From: Candidatus Latescibacterota bacterium
Lineage (GTDB): Bacteria; Latescibacterota; UBA2968; UBA8231
Direction of reading: 5' to 3'
NCBI GenBank assembly: GCA_965200315.1
Contig: OZ241362.1
Location: 4,224,001-4,288,000 of the forward strand
DNA length: 64,000 nucleotides
Positions 49,145 through 58,336 of this stretch are shown here, one piece after another (position 1 is the first letter of the stretch; each line of letters starts with the position of its first letter). The position numbers and the translations under genes were made by a program. The notes beneath the pieces are model-generated. The model saw nothing but the letters and a program-made list of their open reading frames with translations. It did not search any database and was not told the origin of the DNA.

Positions 49145-49540
49145 ATGGCAGAGCGTGCGCACCGCGTGGAAGCTCTGGCCCGCTTAGGCCGAACCGTGGC
49201 GGGGCCAGCAATTTTATGGTCGGCATCGGGTCCGAACTTCACCCCCATGGACTGATTGTTGCCAGCAGAAGGGCCTATTCGATCTTGCACTGATCAGCCA
49301 AATGCGGGAGATCCGCAAGCCCCGGCGGTTCATCTCGGGCTTGGGGTTTCTGCCGATGAAGCTGCGCCGCAGGCTGATGAATCGCATTTGGATAGCATAC
49401 CAGAAACGGGATGTACTACAGGATGTGGTGATCTGGAAACGGAAGCGGTATCGAACCCCCCGCGGCTGTGTCGGGCGGACGGCCCCATAGGGACGTACCG
49501 CCGCTATTGCCGGCAGTTCTATCCCGATCTGACGATTGCG
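49145..49540 (+). pseudogene. Remnant of KshA/Neverland-like Rieske oxygenase
   Basis: QDVVIWKRKRY then, frameshifted at C6 near 49447, PRLCRADGPIGTYRRYCRQFY; short N-terminal stub at 49145; Rieske motif absent. Confidence 0.7.
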
Positions 49541-49742
49541 ACGGGAAGTGAGGACTCGGTCGCCGATGAGGCGGACGATGGTCGCAGGACAAGAGGCCAA
49601 AGCGACAACGTTCACGAGATTTTCCGCAGCGCGATCGTTCAAGTCATTCAGGACCGCTTTCTGACAGATTATCGCTTATGCCTATGCGTTGGCTTGATAG
49701 ACTGGAAAAGTGCTTCGCCTGTGCCGAGGCAGAGGGAAAATC

Positions 49743-50546
49743 ATGACCGATCTCACCTTGAGTGCTGAACAGATTCGCCAGTTTGAGGAGGACGGATACC
49801 TCATTCTCGAAAACCTCTTGGACCCGGAAGACGCCGAGCGGATTCTGCACATCGCCCGTTGCGACCCGCAGTTGGCGGCCGACGCCAAAGGCAACCAGAA
49901 TTACGAGAGCGAAGGGCTCGACACCCGCTTGGCCTACCGCGCCGGCCTTGCCGACGACGCGTACAGCGCCCTAGCCCGCAGCCGCCAGCTCGTTGAACCG
50001 CTCGAACAGTTGTTCGGCGACCGGGTGCGCTACTATTATCAATTGCAAATGCTGAAAGACCCTCAGACCGGCGGGTGGCAATATCACCAAGACTACGGCT
50101 ACCACTACGAGCAATTCTTCTATCCCGCGTTCGCCAGTGTCATGGTCGCCCTCGACCCGGCCACCCGCGCCAATGGCTGTCTGAAAGTGGTGCGCGGGTC
50201 CAACCGCCTAGGCCGGCTCGAACACCAGTCCTCCGGCTCCCAACTCATCGCCGATCCCGAGAGAGTCGCCATGGCGCTGAGGGAAATGGAGGAAGTGCAT
50301 TGCGAACTGACACCGGGATCGGTCCTGTACTTTCACGGCAACACGCTGCACGCTTCAGACCCCAACTTCAGCTCGCAGCCGCGCTGGTCGCTCATCTACG
50401 CGTACGTGGCTGCTTCCAATACGTACGTCCTACCCGACTGGCCCGACGACCAGTGCCCCCTCCTAGAAAAATGGGACGACTCTGAGGTCGAAGCTGCTGC
50501 TCAGCGGCACTGGGCGGCCGTGGCCGCAGCGAACAAAGGAAGATGA
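49743..50546 (+). CDS. PhyH family dioxygenase
   Basis: LSAEQIRQFEEDGYL, YHQDYGY, ANGCLKVVRGS, FHGNTLHAS.PN.S..PRW; start placed at ATG 49743. Confidence 0.92.
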   Translation: MTDLTLSAEQIRQFEEDGYLILENLLDPEDAERILHIARCDPQLAADAKGNQNYESEGLDTRLAYRAGLADDAYSALARSRQLVEPLEQLFGDRVRYYYQLQMLKDPQTGGWQYHQDYGYHYEQFFYPAFASVMVALDPATRANGCLKVVRGSNRLGRLEHQSSGSQLIADPERVAMALREMEEVHCELTPGSVLYFHGNTLHASDPNFSSQPRWSLIYAYVAASNTYVLPDWPDDQCPLLEKWDDSEVEAAAQRHWAAVAAANKGR

Positions 50547-50690
50547 GCATGGAGCATTCCAAAGTGAACGTTGCAGCCGTTGTGTCAGGCATCATGCACA
50601 CCGCGCTGAGCTGGCGCAGCCGGCCGGTTATAAAAGAAAGGGGTACGTCGGCCCCATGATGGCCGTCCCTTTTGCCCAAGACCGGCACCA
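50487..50690. repeat. Degenerate direct repeat copy A (3' end and downstream region of PhyH gene)
   Basis: 50487-50559 aligns with 51260-51332 at about 61/73 nt; TGGCCGTCCCTTTTGCCCAAGA identical at 50660 and 51436. Confidence 0.85.
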
Positions 50691-51125
50691 TAAGATCGGC
50701 CGGAATGCCTACGGGAACGGGTTTGAGTGCTGTGGATGGGGTCCGGGAATCGGAGAGCATATCCGCGGGGCCTCCCGTAAGTATCCATAGCCGTCCCTCG
50801 GCATCCGCCCGCAGTGCTTCTTTTTGCGGCAATTCGGCTTGGGCTTCGCGCAGGCTCCGCCGTGCCGCGTGGAGATCGCGCAAATCGGTCAACCCGCAAG
50901 CGATTCCCGCTACAATAAAATTTCCACTTCGCCTGCCAGCCTGAGTTGGTGGCGCAAACTGACGATCTCTAGATTAGGTACGCACGGTTGCGGCCAGCGG
51001 CTGTCAGGTAGTACGCTTCCGCAGCGAGTCGCTCGGCTCCGGCGGCGCATGCGTCGTTGCGATTGCGGCCCCGGCAATCGAGTTCATAGGCGAATTCCGC
51101 GCCGATGTTGTAGGTAGTCAGGCCG
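50690..51125 (-). pseudogene. Fragment of NodT/OprM (TolC-family) efflux outer-membrane protein
   Basis: Across frameshifts and stops: YNIGAEFAYELDCRGRNR...AA.AE..AAE, LEIVSLRHQLRLA, LREAQAELPQ.EA..ADAEGRL.IL.G, VPVGIPADL. Confidence 0.7.
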
Positions 51126-51259
51126 CGCCGGTCTGGGAGCGCGGTTCCGTCAACTAGTCAAGATGAGTATTTCAGGCCCCACAAAGTCTTGCGCACCATT
51201 TCAACATTTTGACAGATTATCGCCAAAAGGTGCCTTATCGTAGCGGATAGACCGCCTAA

Positions 51260-51466
51260 GTCGAAACCACTGCACGGCGGCACTGGGGGGCCGTGGCCGC
51301 AACCACCAAAGGAAGATGAGCGTGGAAAATTCGCGAGTAAGCCATGTAATCGTCTCAACAGTTATTTCAGCCTGCTGCTTTATCCGCGTCATCCCTCGGC
51401 TGGCACAGCCGGCCAATGATGAGAGAGGGGTATGGTGGCCGTCCCTTTTGCCCAAGAGCTGCCCCA
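51260..51466. repeat. Degenerate direct repeat copy B
   Basis: Encodes VETTARRHWGAVAATTKGR*, versus VEAAAQRHWAAVAAANKGR* at the PhyH end. Confidence 0.85.
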
Positions 51467-51613
51467 TCAAGTTTCTGCTCAGGTTCCCGTCTTGGGGAAA
51501 ATTCTACAGAACGTACGTCGAAGGAAAAGACAATAATTCCCACGTGGCCGGCGGCATCTTGAAGTACGCGTTTTAAGTTGCCTTATATGCCTAATTGGTG
51601 ATAGGATTAGATA

Positions 51614-52645
51614 ATGAAAAAAAAGCAAGCTACCATCAAAGACATTGCACGGGAGTTGAAAATTTCGCATTCAACTGTCTCTCGGGCACTATCTGAGGAT
51701 CAAAAGGTCTCGGCATTAGTAGCTGAGAAGACCCGAAAACGGGTGCAACAAAAAGCCGCCGATTTGGACTACAGTCCCAATTTGATGGCGCAGGCGTTCG
51801 TAACGGGGAGGACGGGGACCTTGGGTTTGCTGACCTACGAGATTGCCCAGGAAACGATTGGCCGTCAGACTGATCGGATTTTGCGGGAGACTGACAAGCA
51901 AAGCTATCAGGTCCTGATAGGCATGGCCCCTAGCCGGCTTCAGGAGTTGCCGCTAGAGGACCAAACCTTGCAGATCGAACAGTTGCTTTCCCGGGGCATA
52001 GACGGGCTCTTGATTCATACGCGGGGAGACCAAAGAGAGTCCGAGCGCATTTCAAATGCCGTGCGGGGGCGAGTGCCGGTGGTGACTTTTACCCACCCGA
52101 TTCAAAACTTGAGTGGAGTTGTGGTGGAAGAGATAACGAGTTTTTTCGAGGCCACCGAGCATTTGATCCGGCTGGGGCACAAGCGGATCGGGTTTATCGG
52201 GATGGACTGGAATGAGAACTTCAGAGGTGCCGCCAAGGGCAAGGGATATCTGCTGGCGATGCAAAAGCACGGCTTGATCCCCAAACGCATACCTAGCAGA
52301 ACTTTTGCTAAAAAACCAACGCATTGCCTAGAGAAAAGGCTCGACGACCAGTTTACAGCTCTTGTGTGCCGAAACGATTATACGGCCATAATCGCTTGTC
52401 ACGGGCTAAGGGCAGCAGGCCTTCGCGTCCCCGAGGATGTGGCTGTGGTGGGAAATGGCGATCTGGGGTTAGCGGCGTATGTGACACCGGCACTGACTAC
52501 CTTGGCAACTCCCTATGAGGCGATTGCCCAAGCGGCGATGGAGTTGATGCTGGAACAGCTTGAAGGGCAGGATATGTCTCGGCAAGTAACCTTGAAATCG
52601 CCGCTGGTTGTGCGGGATTCCTGCGGGGCGAACGGCAGAGAATAA
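51614..52645 (+). CDS. LacI family transcriptional regulator
   Basis: TIKDIARELKISHSTVSRAL HTH, YSPNLMA hinge, GHKRIGFI, CRND..A, GLRVPEDVAVVG, LVVRDSC. Confidence 0.96.
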   Translation: MKKKQATIKDIARELKISHSTVSRALSEDQKVSALVAEKTRKRVQQKAADLDYSPNLMAQAFVTGRTGTLGLLTYEIAQETIGRQTDRILRETDKQSYQVLIGMAPSRLQELPLEDQTLQIEQLLSRGIDGLLIHTRGDQRESERISNAVRGRVPVVTFTHPIQNLSGVVVEEITSFFEATEHLIRLGHKRIGFIGMDWNENFRGAAKGKGYLLAMQKHGLIPKRIPSRTFAKKPTHCLEKRLDDQFTALVCRNDYTAIIACHGLRAAGLRVPEDVAVVGNGDLGLAAYVTPALTTLATPYEAIAQAAMELMLEQLEGQDMSRQVTLKSPLVVRDSCGANGRE

Positions 52646-52662
52646 TCGGAACAGTGCTTGGC

Positions 52663-52690
52663 TTGACAGTGTAGCGATAGAGGGTACATT
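52663..52690 (+). promoter_or_regulatory. Putative sigma70 promoter of second LacI-like gene
   Basis: TTGACA-16 nt-TACATT. Confidence 0.5.
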
Positions 52691-52711
52691 AATCGGTTTA
52701 AATGCAAACGT

Positions 52712-53596
52712 GTGAATATAAGCATGATTAAGGAGTATGTCAATTTGATAACGCAGGGGAATGTAACGGAGAAGACAGGTACTTTAGGACTGCTGACCTA
52801 CAAAATTTTCGGGGCTATGTTCGGCCGGCAGATCGATCACATTTTGAGGGTAGCTTACGAGCGGGAGTATCAGGTCGTGATGGGCCGGATGCCTCTGACC
52901 CGACTGAACGACCAAGCCATGCAGATCGAAGCGTTGCTTTCCCAAGGCATAGACGGATTCTTGATTTATACGCAGGGCGACGGAGGGGAATCCACGCACA
53001 TTTTGCAGACCATACAGGGACGCGTACCGGTGGTGACGTTTCACGACCCAACTCAAATGAGTGGGGTCGTGCTGGACAATACAACGGGTTTTCGCGAGGC
53101 CACCGAGCATTTGATCCTGTTGGGGCACGAGCGGATCGGGTTTATCGGCGCAGACTCGGCGCAGACTTGCCTAGGGTCGGCCAAGGGGTATCTGCTGGCA
53201 ATGCAAAAGCACGGACTGACTCCCAAACGCATACCCGGTAAAATCACTAGTACAGAATCGGGGTATCGCTTGGGCAAAAGGCTTGGCGACGGGCTTTTTA
53301 CGGCCCTTGTGTGCCGGAACGATTATACGGCGATAGGCGTTTGTCGCGGGCTACGGGAAGCAGGTCTTCGCGTGCCCGGGGATGTGGCTGTTTTGGGGAA
53401 CGGCGCTATCGACATGGGGGAATATATGACACCAGCGCTGACGACTTTGGCAACTCCTTATGAGGAGATTGCCGAGGCGGTGATGGAGTTGATGCTGGAA
53501 CAGCTTGAGGGGAGGCAGGATGAGCCTCGGCAAATAACTTTGAAATCGTCGCTGATCGTGCGGGAGTCGTGCGGGGCGGACATAAGTAAAAAGTGA
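52712..53596 (+). CDS. LacI-family ligand-binding domain lacking the HTH (tandem duplicate; possibly pseudogene)
   Basis: Colinear with 51614-52645 from the hinge onward (TGTLGLLTY, KGYLLAMQKHGL.PKRIP, TPALTTLATPYE.IA); start uncertain. Confidence 0.8.
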   Translation: MNISMIKEYVNLITQGNVTEKTGTLGLLTYKIFGAMFGRQIDHILRVAYEREYQVVMGRMPLTRLNDQAMQIEALLSQGIDGFLIYTQGDGGESTHILQTIQGRVPVVTFHDPTQMSGVVLDNTTGFREATEHLILLGHERIGFIGADSAQTCLGSAKGYLLAMQKHGLTPKRIPGKITSTESGYRLGKRLGDGLFTALVCRNDYTAIGVCRGLREAGLRVPGDVAVLGNGAIDMGEYMTPALTTLATPYEEIAEAVMELMLEQLEGRQDEPRQITLKSSLIVRESCGADISKK

Positions 53597-53662
53597 TCGC
53601 ATGGGTGCGCATTGCCCCGAGTGAGGGTGTGCCCTACATTGTAGAGACATTGAGTATATAGC

Positions 53663-53746
53663 TTCCGTTGGGGGTGGCCCGGCAGCGGGCCTGAGATTGA
53701 GACCCTTCGAACCTGAACTGGATCGTGCCAGCGTAGGAAAACGGAT
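53663..53746 (+). ncRNA. TPP riboswitch (THI element)
   Basis: GGGGTG...CTGAGA...ACCCTTCGAACCTGAACTGGATCGTGCCAGCGTAGGAA core, P1 TCCGTT/AACGGA; upstream of TonB receptor and thiN. Confidence 0.95.
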
Positions 53747-53766
53747 GCCGTACGCACCGCGTACGC

Positions 53767-53800
53767 ACCGCTGGCCCATCTAGGGGCGAGCGGTTTTTTT
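53767..53800 (+). terminator. Intrinsic terminator of the riboswitch expression platform
   Basis: ACCGCT-G-GCCC loop GGGC-G-AGCGGT followed by a T7 run. Confidence 0.8.
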
Positions 53801-53848
53801 GTGCCCCTCGACGGATTCTTCCGCAAATCGAGACGAGGGAGCAGATTT

Positions 53849-56197
53849 ATGAGAATTTCACTACTATCGGTCAGCTTGCTGGTCGGTTTATTGACGCTGT
53901 CGGCGGTGTCTGTGGCGCAGGCCGAGGAAGTGCTTGGCCAAGTGCTAGATGCGGCCACGGGTCGTCCTTTGGCAGGGGCCAACGTGCAGGCCGGGGATAG
54001 GGCTACCACTACGGATGCCCAAGGCCGCTTCAAGATGGAGGCAGCCCTAGGCGATTCGCTCGACATTTCCTTTATCGGCTACCAGCGCACGCGGGTGGCG
54101 GTCGTCTTGCCGCTAGTCGTGGCCTTGGAACGCGCGATTTTGCAAGCGCCGGAGGTGGTGGTGGAAGGCGGTTTGGTGCGTCAGCGGCTTGACCGCTTGG
54201 CCGCGAGCGTTACAGTGTTAGAGGGGGAGCACTCGCGGGCCAGCGGAGCCGGGCACTTGCAGGATGCGACCCATGCGGTGCCCAATTTGAATTGGGCCGG
54301 CGGCTCGTCCCGGCCGCGTTATTTCCAGATCCGGGGCATTGGCGAGCGCAGCCATTACGCCGGCGAAGGGCCGCCCAGTTTTTCGGTGGGATTCGTCATG
54401 GACGACGTTGACTTGAGCGGCATGGGCACGGCTGGGTTGCTCTTTGACGTCGATCAGGTCGAGGTCTTCAAAGGCCCTCAGTCAACCATTTTTGGTCCCA
54501 ATGCCTTGGCTGGCCTAATCAACCTGCGCTCGGCCGATCCCCAGCAGGAGTTTGCCGGAGCGGGCAGCGCTGAGATGGGCAGCTATGGTTTAGGGCGTTT
54601 TTCCGGGGCGGTAAATCTGCCGGTCGGGAGCGATCTGGCACTGCGCGTGGGGTACGAGAACGGTCGTTCCAACGGCTTCCGCAGCAATTCCTTTCTCGAT
54701 GCCGACGATACCAATAAGCGGCGCGAGCAGTTGTTGCGCACCAAGGTCGGCTGGACCCCGGCGGCTGGTCCCGAGGTGTTGGGGACCTTCTTTTGGGCCG
54801 ATATGGACAATGGGTACGACGCCTGGGTTCCCGACAACAACGAGGACTTGACCACCTATTCCGACAAGCCGGGCAAGGACCGCCAGCAAACGACCGGCGC
54901 CTCGCTCAAGAGCACTTGGGGGCTGGGCGCGAGCGGCGCGGAATTGGTCGCGATTACCGCGTTTTCGCGCAGCGAATTGGAGCACAGCTACGACGGCGAT
55001 TGGGGCAACGACGAGTACTGGCTAGCGGAGCATGGATTTGACCCAGACGCCGAGGGGTGGAGCTACGACTTTTTCGACCGCAATGTGCGCGACCGCACGG
55101 TTGTGAGCCAAGAGGCCCGGGTCTTGGTTGAGGAACTGGTGGTGGGAGCCTATTGGAAGCGTCTCGAAGAGGAAGACCATGCCGCGGGCTATTTGTTCGG
55201 CGGCGACGCCACTGATCTGAATGGGCGCTACGAGATCGACAACCTAGCTTTTTACGGCCAGTACGGGCTGACCTTGGGCGAAAAATTGCGCTTGGAAGTC
55301 AATGCGCGGCTCGACCGCAACGACACGGCCTACGAAGGGACGACGGCGAATTACGGGGCCGATAGCACGAGCACTGCGTTTGCCGTTGATCAATGGCTGG
55401 GCGGTGGCAAAGCGGCCCTCAGTTACGACTGGCGTCCGGGCCAAACCTTATATGCTTCGGCCTCGCGCGGTTACCGCTCCGGCGGGGTCAACCAGCACCC
55501 GTACTTGGCCGCGGAAAACCGCCCCTATAACCCCGAGTACATAGTCAATTTTGAACTCGGCTGGCGGGCCAGCGGACCGCGCTCTTCCACCGGATTGACC
55601 CTGTTCCACGCCCTGCGCTCGGACCAGCAGGTCGAGCTGTCGAGCCAGCAGGATCCGGGCGATCCCAACAGCTTTTTCTACTTCACGGCCAATGCCGTCA
55701 AAGGCCGCAACAGCGGCTTGGAATGGGAGCATACCGTCCGCCTCCTGCCCCAAGTCGAACTCTTCGGCTCGCTAGGTCTGCTTACTACCCACATCGATAC
55801 GTACACCTTCCCCACGGAAGATGGGGAAGTAACGCTGGGCGACCGGGCCGCAGCTTATGCCCCCAACTACACCTTCAGCTTAGGAGGCGAGTACCGCCAT
55901 CGGTCGGGTTTGGGGGCGCGGCTGGTCCTGATCGGCATGGACCAATTCTTCTACTCCGATGGCCACGACCAAGTCTCAGAGCCTTATCGATTGGTCAACG
56001 CCCACATTGCCTACCAGTCGGATGAGTGGTCCGTGCAACTATGGGGGCGCAACCTGCTCGACGAGCGCTACGCTGTGCGCGGCTTCTACTTTGGCCTAGA
56101 GCCGCCCGATTACGCCGACAAGCTGTACAAAAGCTACGGCGATCCGCGCCAAGTCGGCGTGCGGCTGACGACGCAGTTTTCTTCCTTGGGAAACTGA
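53849..56197 (+). CDS. TonB-dependent receptor, probably thiamine uptake
   Basis: Signal peptide, carboxypeptidase-regulatory-like domain (G.VLDA.TG.PL.GANV), IRGIG, VEVFKGPQST.FG.NALAG.IN plug, GRNLLDE.Y, GDPRQVGV; start placed at ATG 53849. Confidence 0.93.
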   Translation: MRISLLSVSLLVGLLTLSAVSVAQAEEVLGQVLDAATGRPLAGANVQAGDRATTTDAQGRFKMEAALGDSLDISFIGYQRTRVAVVLPLVVALERAILQAPEVVVEGGLVRQRLDRLAASVTVLEGEHSRASGAGHLQDATHAVPNLNWAGGSSRPRYFQIRGIGERSHYAGEGPPSFSVGFVMDDVDLSGMGTAGLLFDVDQVEVFKGPQSTIFGPNALAGLINLRSADPQQEFAGAGSAEMGSYGLGRFSGAVNLPVGSDLALRVGYENGRSNGFRSNSFLDADDTNKRREQLLRTKVGWTPAAGPEVLGTFFWADMDNGYDAWVPDNNEDLTTYSDKPGKDRQQTTGASLKSTWGLGASGAELVAITAFSRSELEHSYDGDWGNDEYWLAEHGFDPDAEGWSYDFFDRNVRDRTVVSQEARVLVEELVVGAYWKRLEEEDHAAGYLFGGDATDLNGRYEIDNLAFYGQYGLTLGEKLRLEVNARLDRNDTAYEGTTANYGADSTSTAFAVDQWLGGGKAALSYDWRPGQTLYASASRGYRSGGVNQHPYLAAENRPYNPEYIVNFELGWRASGPRSSTGLTLFHALRSDQQVELSSQQDPGDPNSFFYFTANAVKGRNSGLEWEHTVRLLPQVELFGSLGLLTTHIDTYTFPTEDGEVTLGDRAAAYAPNYTFSLGGEYRHRSGLGARLVLIGMDQFFYSDGHDQVSEPYRLVNAHIAYQSDEWSVQLWGRNLLDERYAVRGFYFGLEPPDYADKLYKSYGDPRQVGVRLTTQFSSLGN

Positions 56198-56201
56198 AGC
56201 C

Positions 56202-56867
56202 GTGAGCGGTCGATCTGCGCTGATCGTCGGTAATGGCGAGCCGCCCTCCCGAGAATTATTCGCCGCCTGCGCCCAAGAAGCCGAGCTGATCCTGTGTGCC
56301 GATGGCGGGGCTAATACCGCCTTGGAGTACGGGTACGCGCCCGATTACGTCGTCGGCGACCTCGACTCGGTTAGCCGCCAAAGCAAGGCCGCCCTCGCCG
56401 CCGACCGCGTCGTCCTCGTTGACCCCGAGGGCAATGTGGGCACAGATGGCCAGAAAGTCCTCAACCACGCGGTCGCCTTGGGCGTTACTAAGGCCGTCCT
56501 GCTCGGTTTTACGGGACGGCGCACCGATCACCTGCTGGGCAATTTGAGCCTGCTCAAGACTTTTGCCGACCGCCTCGCCTTGTGCATAGTGGACGACTAC
56601 TGCGGCATCCGCCTCATCGACCGCTGCATCCGCTTTCGCGCCGCTATTGGTCAAAAAATTTCCCTGTGCCCGCTCGACGGCGCGGCCGAAGGCATTACCA
56701 CCAAGGGGCTGAAATGGGCCTTGCGGTCCGAAAGCCTCATTCCGGGTGTGCGCGACGGCATCTCCAACGAGGTGGTGGATAACCCGGTCGAAATTCGGGT
56801 CGGGCGCGGCGATTTGTTGTTGTGTGTGCAGCGGGAGGGAGGTTGCGGCCAAATTATCTTGGAGTGA
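56202..56867 (+). CDS. thiN: Thiamine diphosphokinase
   Basis: CADGGAN, PDYVVGDLDS, TDGQK, G.RTDHLLGN, GLKWAL, GISNE. Confidence 0.93.
   Translation: MSGRSALIVGNGEPPSRELFAACAQEAELILCADGGANTALEYGYAPDYVVGDLDSVSRQSKAALAADRVVLVDPEGNVGTDGQKVLNHAVALGVTKAVLLGFTGRRTDHLLGNLSLLKTFADRLALCIVDDYCGIRLIDRCIRFRAAIGQKISLCPLDGAAEGITTKGLKWALRSESLIPGVRDGISNEVVDNPVEIRVGRGDLLLCVQREGGCGQIILE
56729..56832. repeat. Direct repeat copy 1 within thiN 3' end
   Basis: 102/104 nt identical to 59021-59124. Confidence 0.97.
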
Positions 56868-56912
56868 TTATATTCGTAAAAGCGTTGTAAAAGCCACTTA
56901 GGGCAAATAGCG

Positions 56913-57770
56913 ATGACCAATACATGCGAGAGCCGTAAAGCGACAGGAGGATGTAAACCGCTGCCAGAATTTGCAAGGCCGCCCGTCGTCGAAGTCGCTG
57001 TCTCGGTGCAGTTTGATGCGCCGGTCCTCGATGGTCCTCTAATCGCGCTTAGATGGGGTCAGGTTCGCGATCGGTTCCCACTACGTGAAGAGACCGCCCC
57101 GCTAACCCCAACAATCGAGACATTCGGGGAGCCGCAAGAGCCTCGGATCGAGATTCAGTTCAGCGGCGCTTCGCCTACCCGACGGCTTTTGATGCTGAGT
57201 GAGTTCAAAACGAAACTATTGCAAATCCAAAAAGATCTATTCGGGTACAGTTGGCGGAAGCTCCAACCACAACATGAATATCCGCGCTACGAGCAAATAC
57301 GAAACGACTTCGAGAGCGAACTTGTCGCCTTCCATACCTTTCTCTCCGCAGAAGGGCTCAACGATCTATCCCCCATCCAGTGCGAAGTAACCTACGTCAA
57401 CGTCATCTTGTCCGAAGAACATGTCCGGATCAGGCATTCGGACTTGGGAAGAGTAATCCCTTCGGCGACACCCCGCCTCACCGCAGGCTTTCTGCCACCG
57501 CCCGAGCAGACGAGATACGCCTCTCAATATGTCATTCCCGGCGAGGGAAATGTCCCTCAAGGCAGACTATATGTGAGTGTCGAACCAACGCATCACATGA
57601 CGGACAAGACGCCGATGTACCTGATGAAACTCACATTTCGAGGTGCCCCCCAGGGGGACGGTACGGATGGTATCATCAAGGCTATGGACCTTGGGCACGA
57701 GTGGATCGTCCAAGGATTTGCGACGCTAACTTCGAGTGAGATGCACCGCGTTTGGAGGAGGACGAATTGA
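56913..57770 (+). CDS. TIGR04255 family protein
   Basis: LPEF.RPPVVEV..SVQF, LLQIQ.D.F.YSWRK...YPRYE, QCEVTYVN.I, HEWIVQGF..LT..EMH.VW. Confidence 0.85.
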   Translation: MTNTCESRKATGGCKPLPEFARPPVVEVAVSVQFDAPVLDGPLIALRWGQVRDRFPLREETAPLTPTIETFGEPQEPRIEIQFSGASPTRRLLMLSEFKTKLLQIQKDLFGYSWRKLQPQHEYPRYEQIRNDFESELVAFHTFLSAEGLNDLSPIQCEVTYVNVILSEEHVRIRHSDLGRVIPSATPRLTAGFLPPPEQTRYASQYVIPGEGNVPQGRLYVSVEPTHHMTDKTPMYLMKLTFRGAPQGDGTDGIIKAMDLGHEWIVQGFATLTSSEMHRVWRRTN

Positions 57771-58315
57771 CAACTATCGCACTTAGCCCGAGCCTGAATG
57801 TACAGGAGTGGCACTCTCCAGACAGTGCTACTTTCAATGATTTTCTACAGGTTCCCCCTTTAGTGCCTACGAGTGAAACAATCTCCTCGCCCGATACTGA
57901 AATCTATGTCCATGACAACAGGGTAATTGACATTGAGGTGCGGCCTATTAGGGGGCAAAATCTACACGCGATGGAATGGTTCTACCCCACGCTTCGTGCG
58001 ATGGCCGCTCTGCCGTGGCGGACGGACAATTGGAGTTCCGGTGCTACGCGTACTCAAGGTGCAGCGATTGCCTGTATGGTAGAGACATTGCTTGAGGTGC
58101 TCGACAGCCACACACCGCCTCCCGCTGTCGTGCCTACTTGGAATGGAGGAGTACAAGTTGAATGGCATCGCAACGGCATTGATCTTGAGATCGAAGTGGA
58201 TCCAGAGGGCGAGATAGAGTATTTCTTTAAGAGTCCTGACGAAGAGTACGAAGGGCGAATCAGCGGCGATTTTAGTCCATTGTCTGAGTATGCGCGGGCA
58301 GTGCTTGAAAGCTAG
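57752..58315 (+). CDS. Hypothetical acidic protein, second gene of cassette
   Basis: Overlaps TIGR04255 stop; L...DNWSSGA, PP.VVPT.NGGVQVEWH.NG.DLEIEV.P.G; start uncertain (57752 or 57767). Confidence 0.75.
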   Translation: MEEDELTTIALSPSLNVQEWHSPDSATFNDFLQVPPLVPTSETISSPDTEIYVHDNRVIDIEVRPIRGQNLHAMEWFYPTLRAMAALPWRTDNWSSGATRTQGAAIACMVETLLEVLDSHTPPPAVVPTWNGGVQVEWHRNGIDLEIEVDPEGEIEYFFKSPDEEYEGRISGDFSPLSEYARAVLES

Positions 58316-58336
58316 AAGTCACAGCCCGAGTAAACG

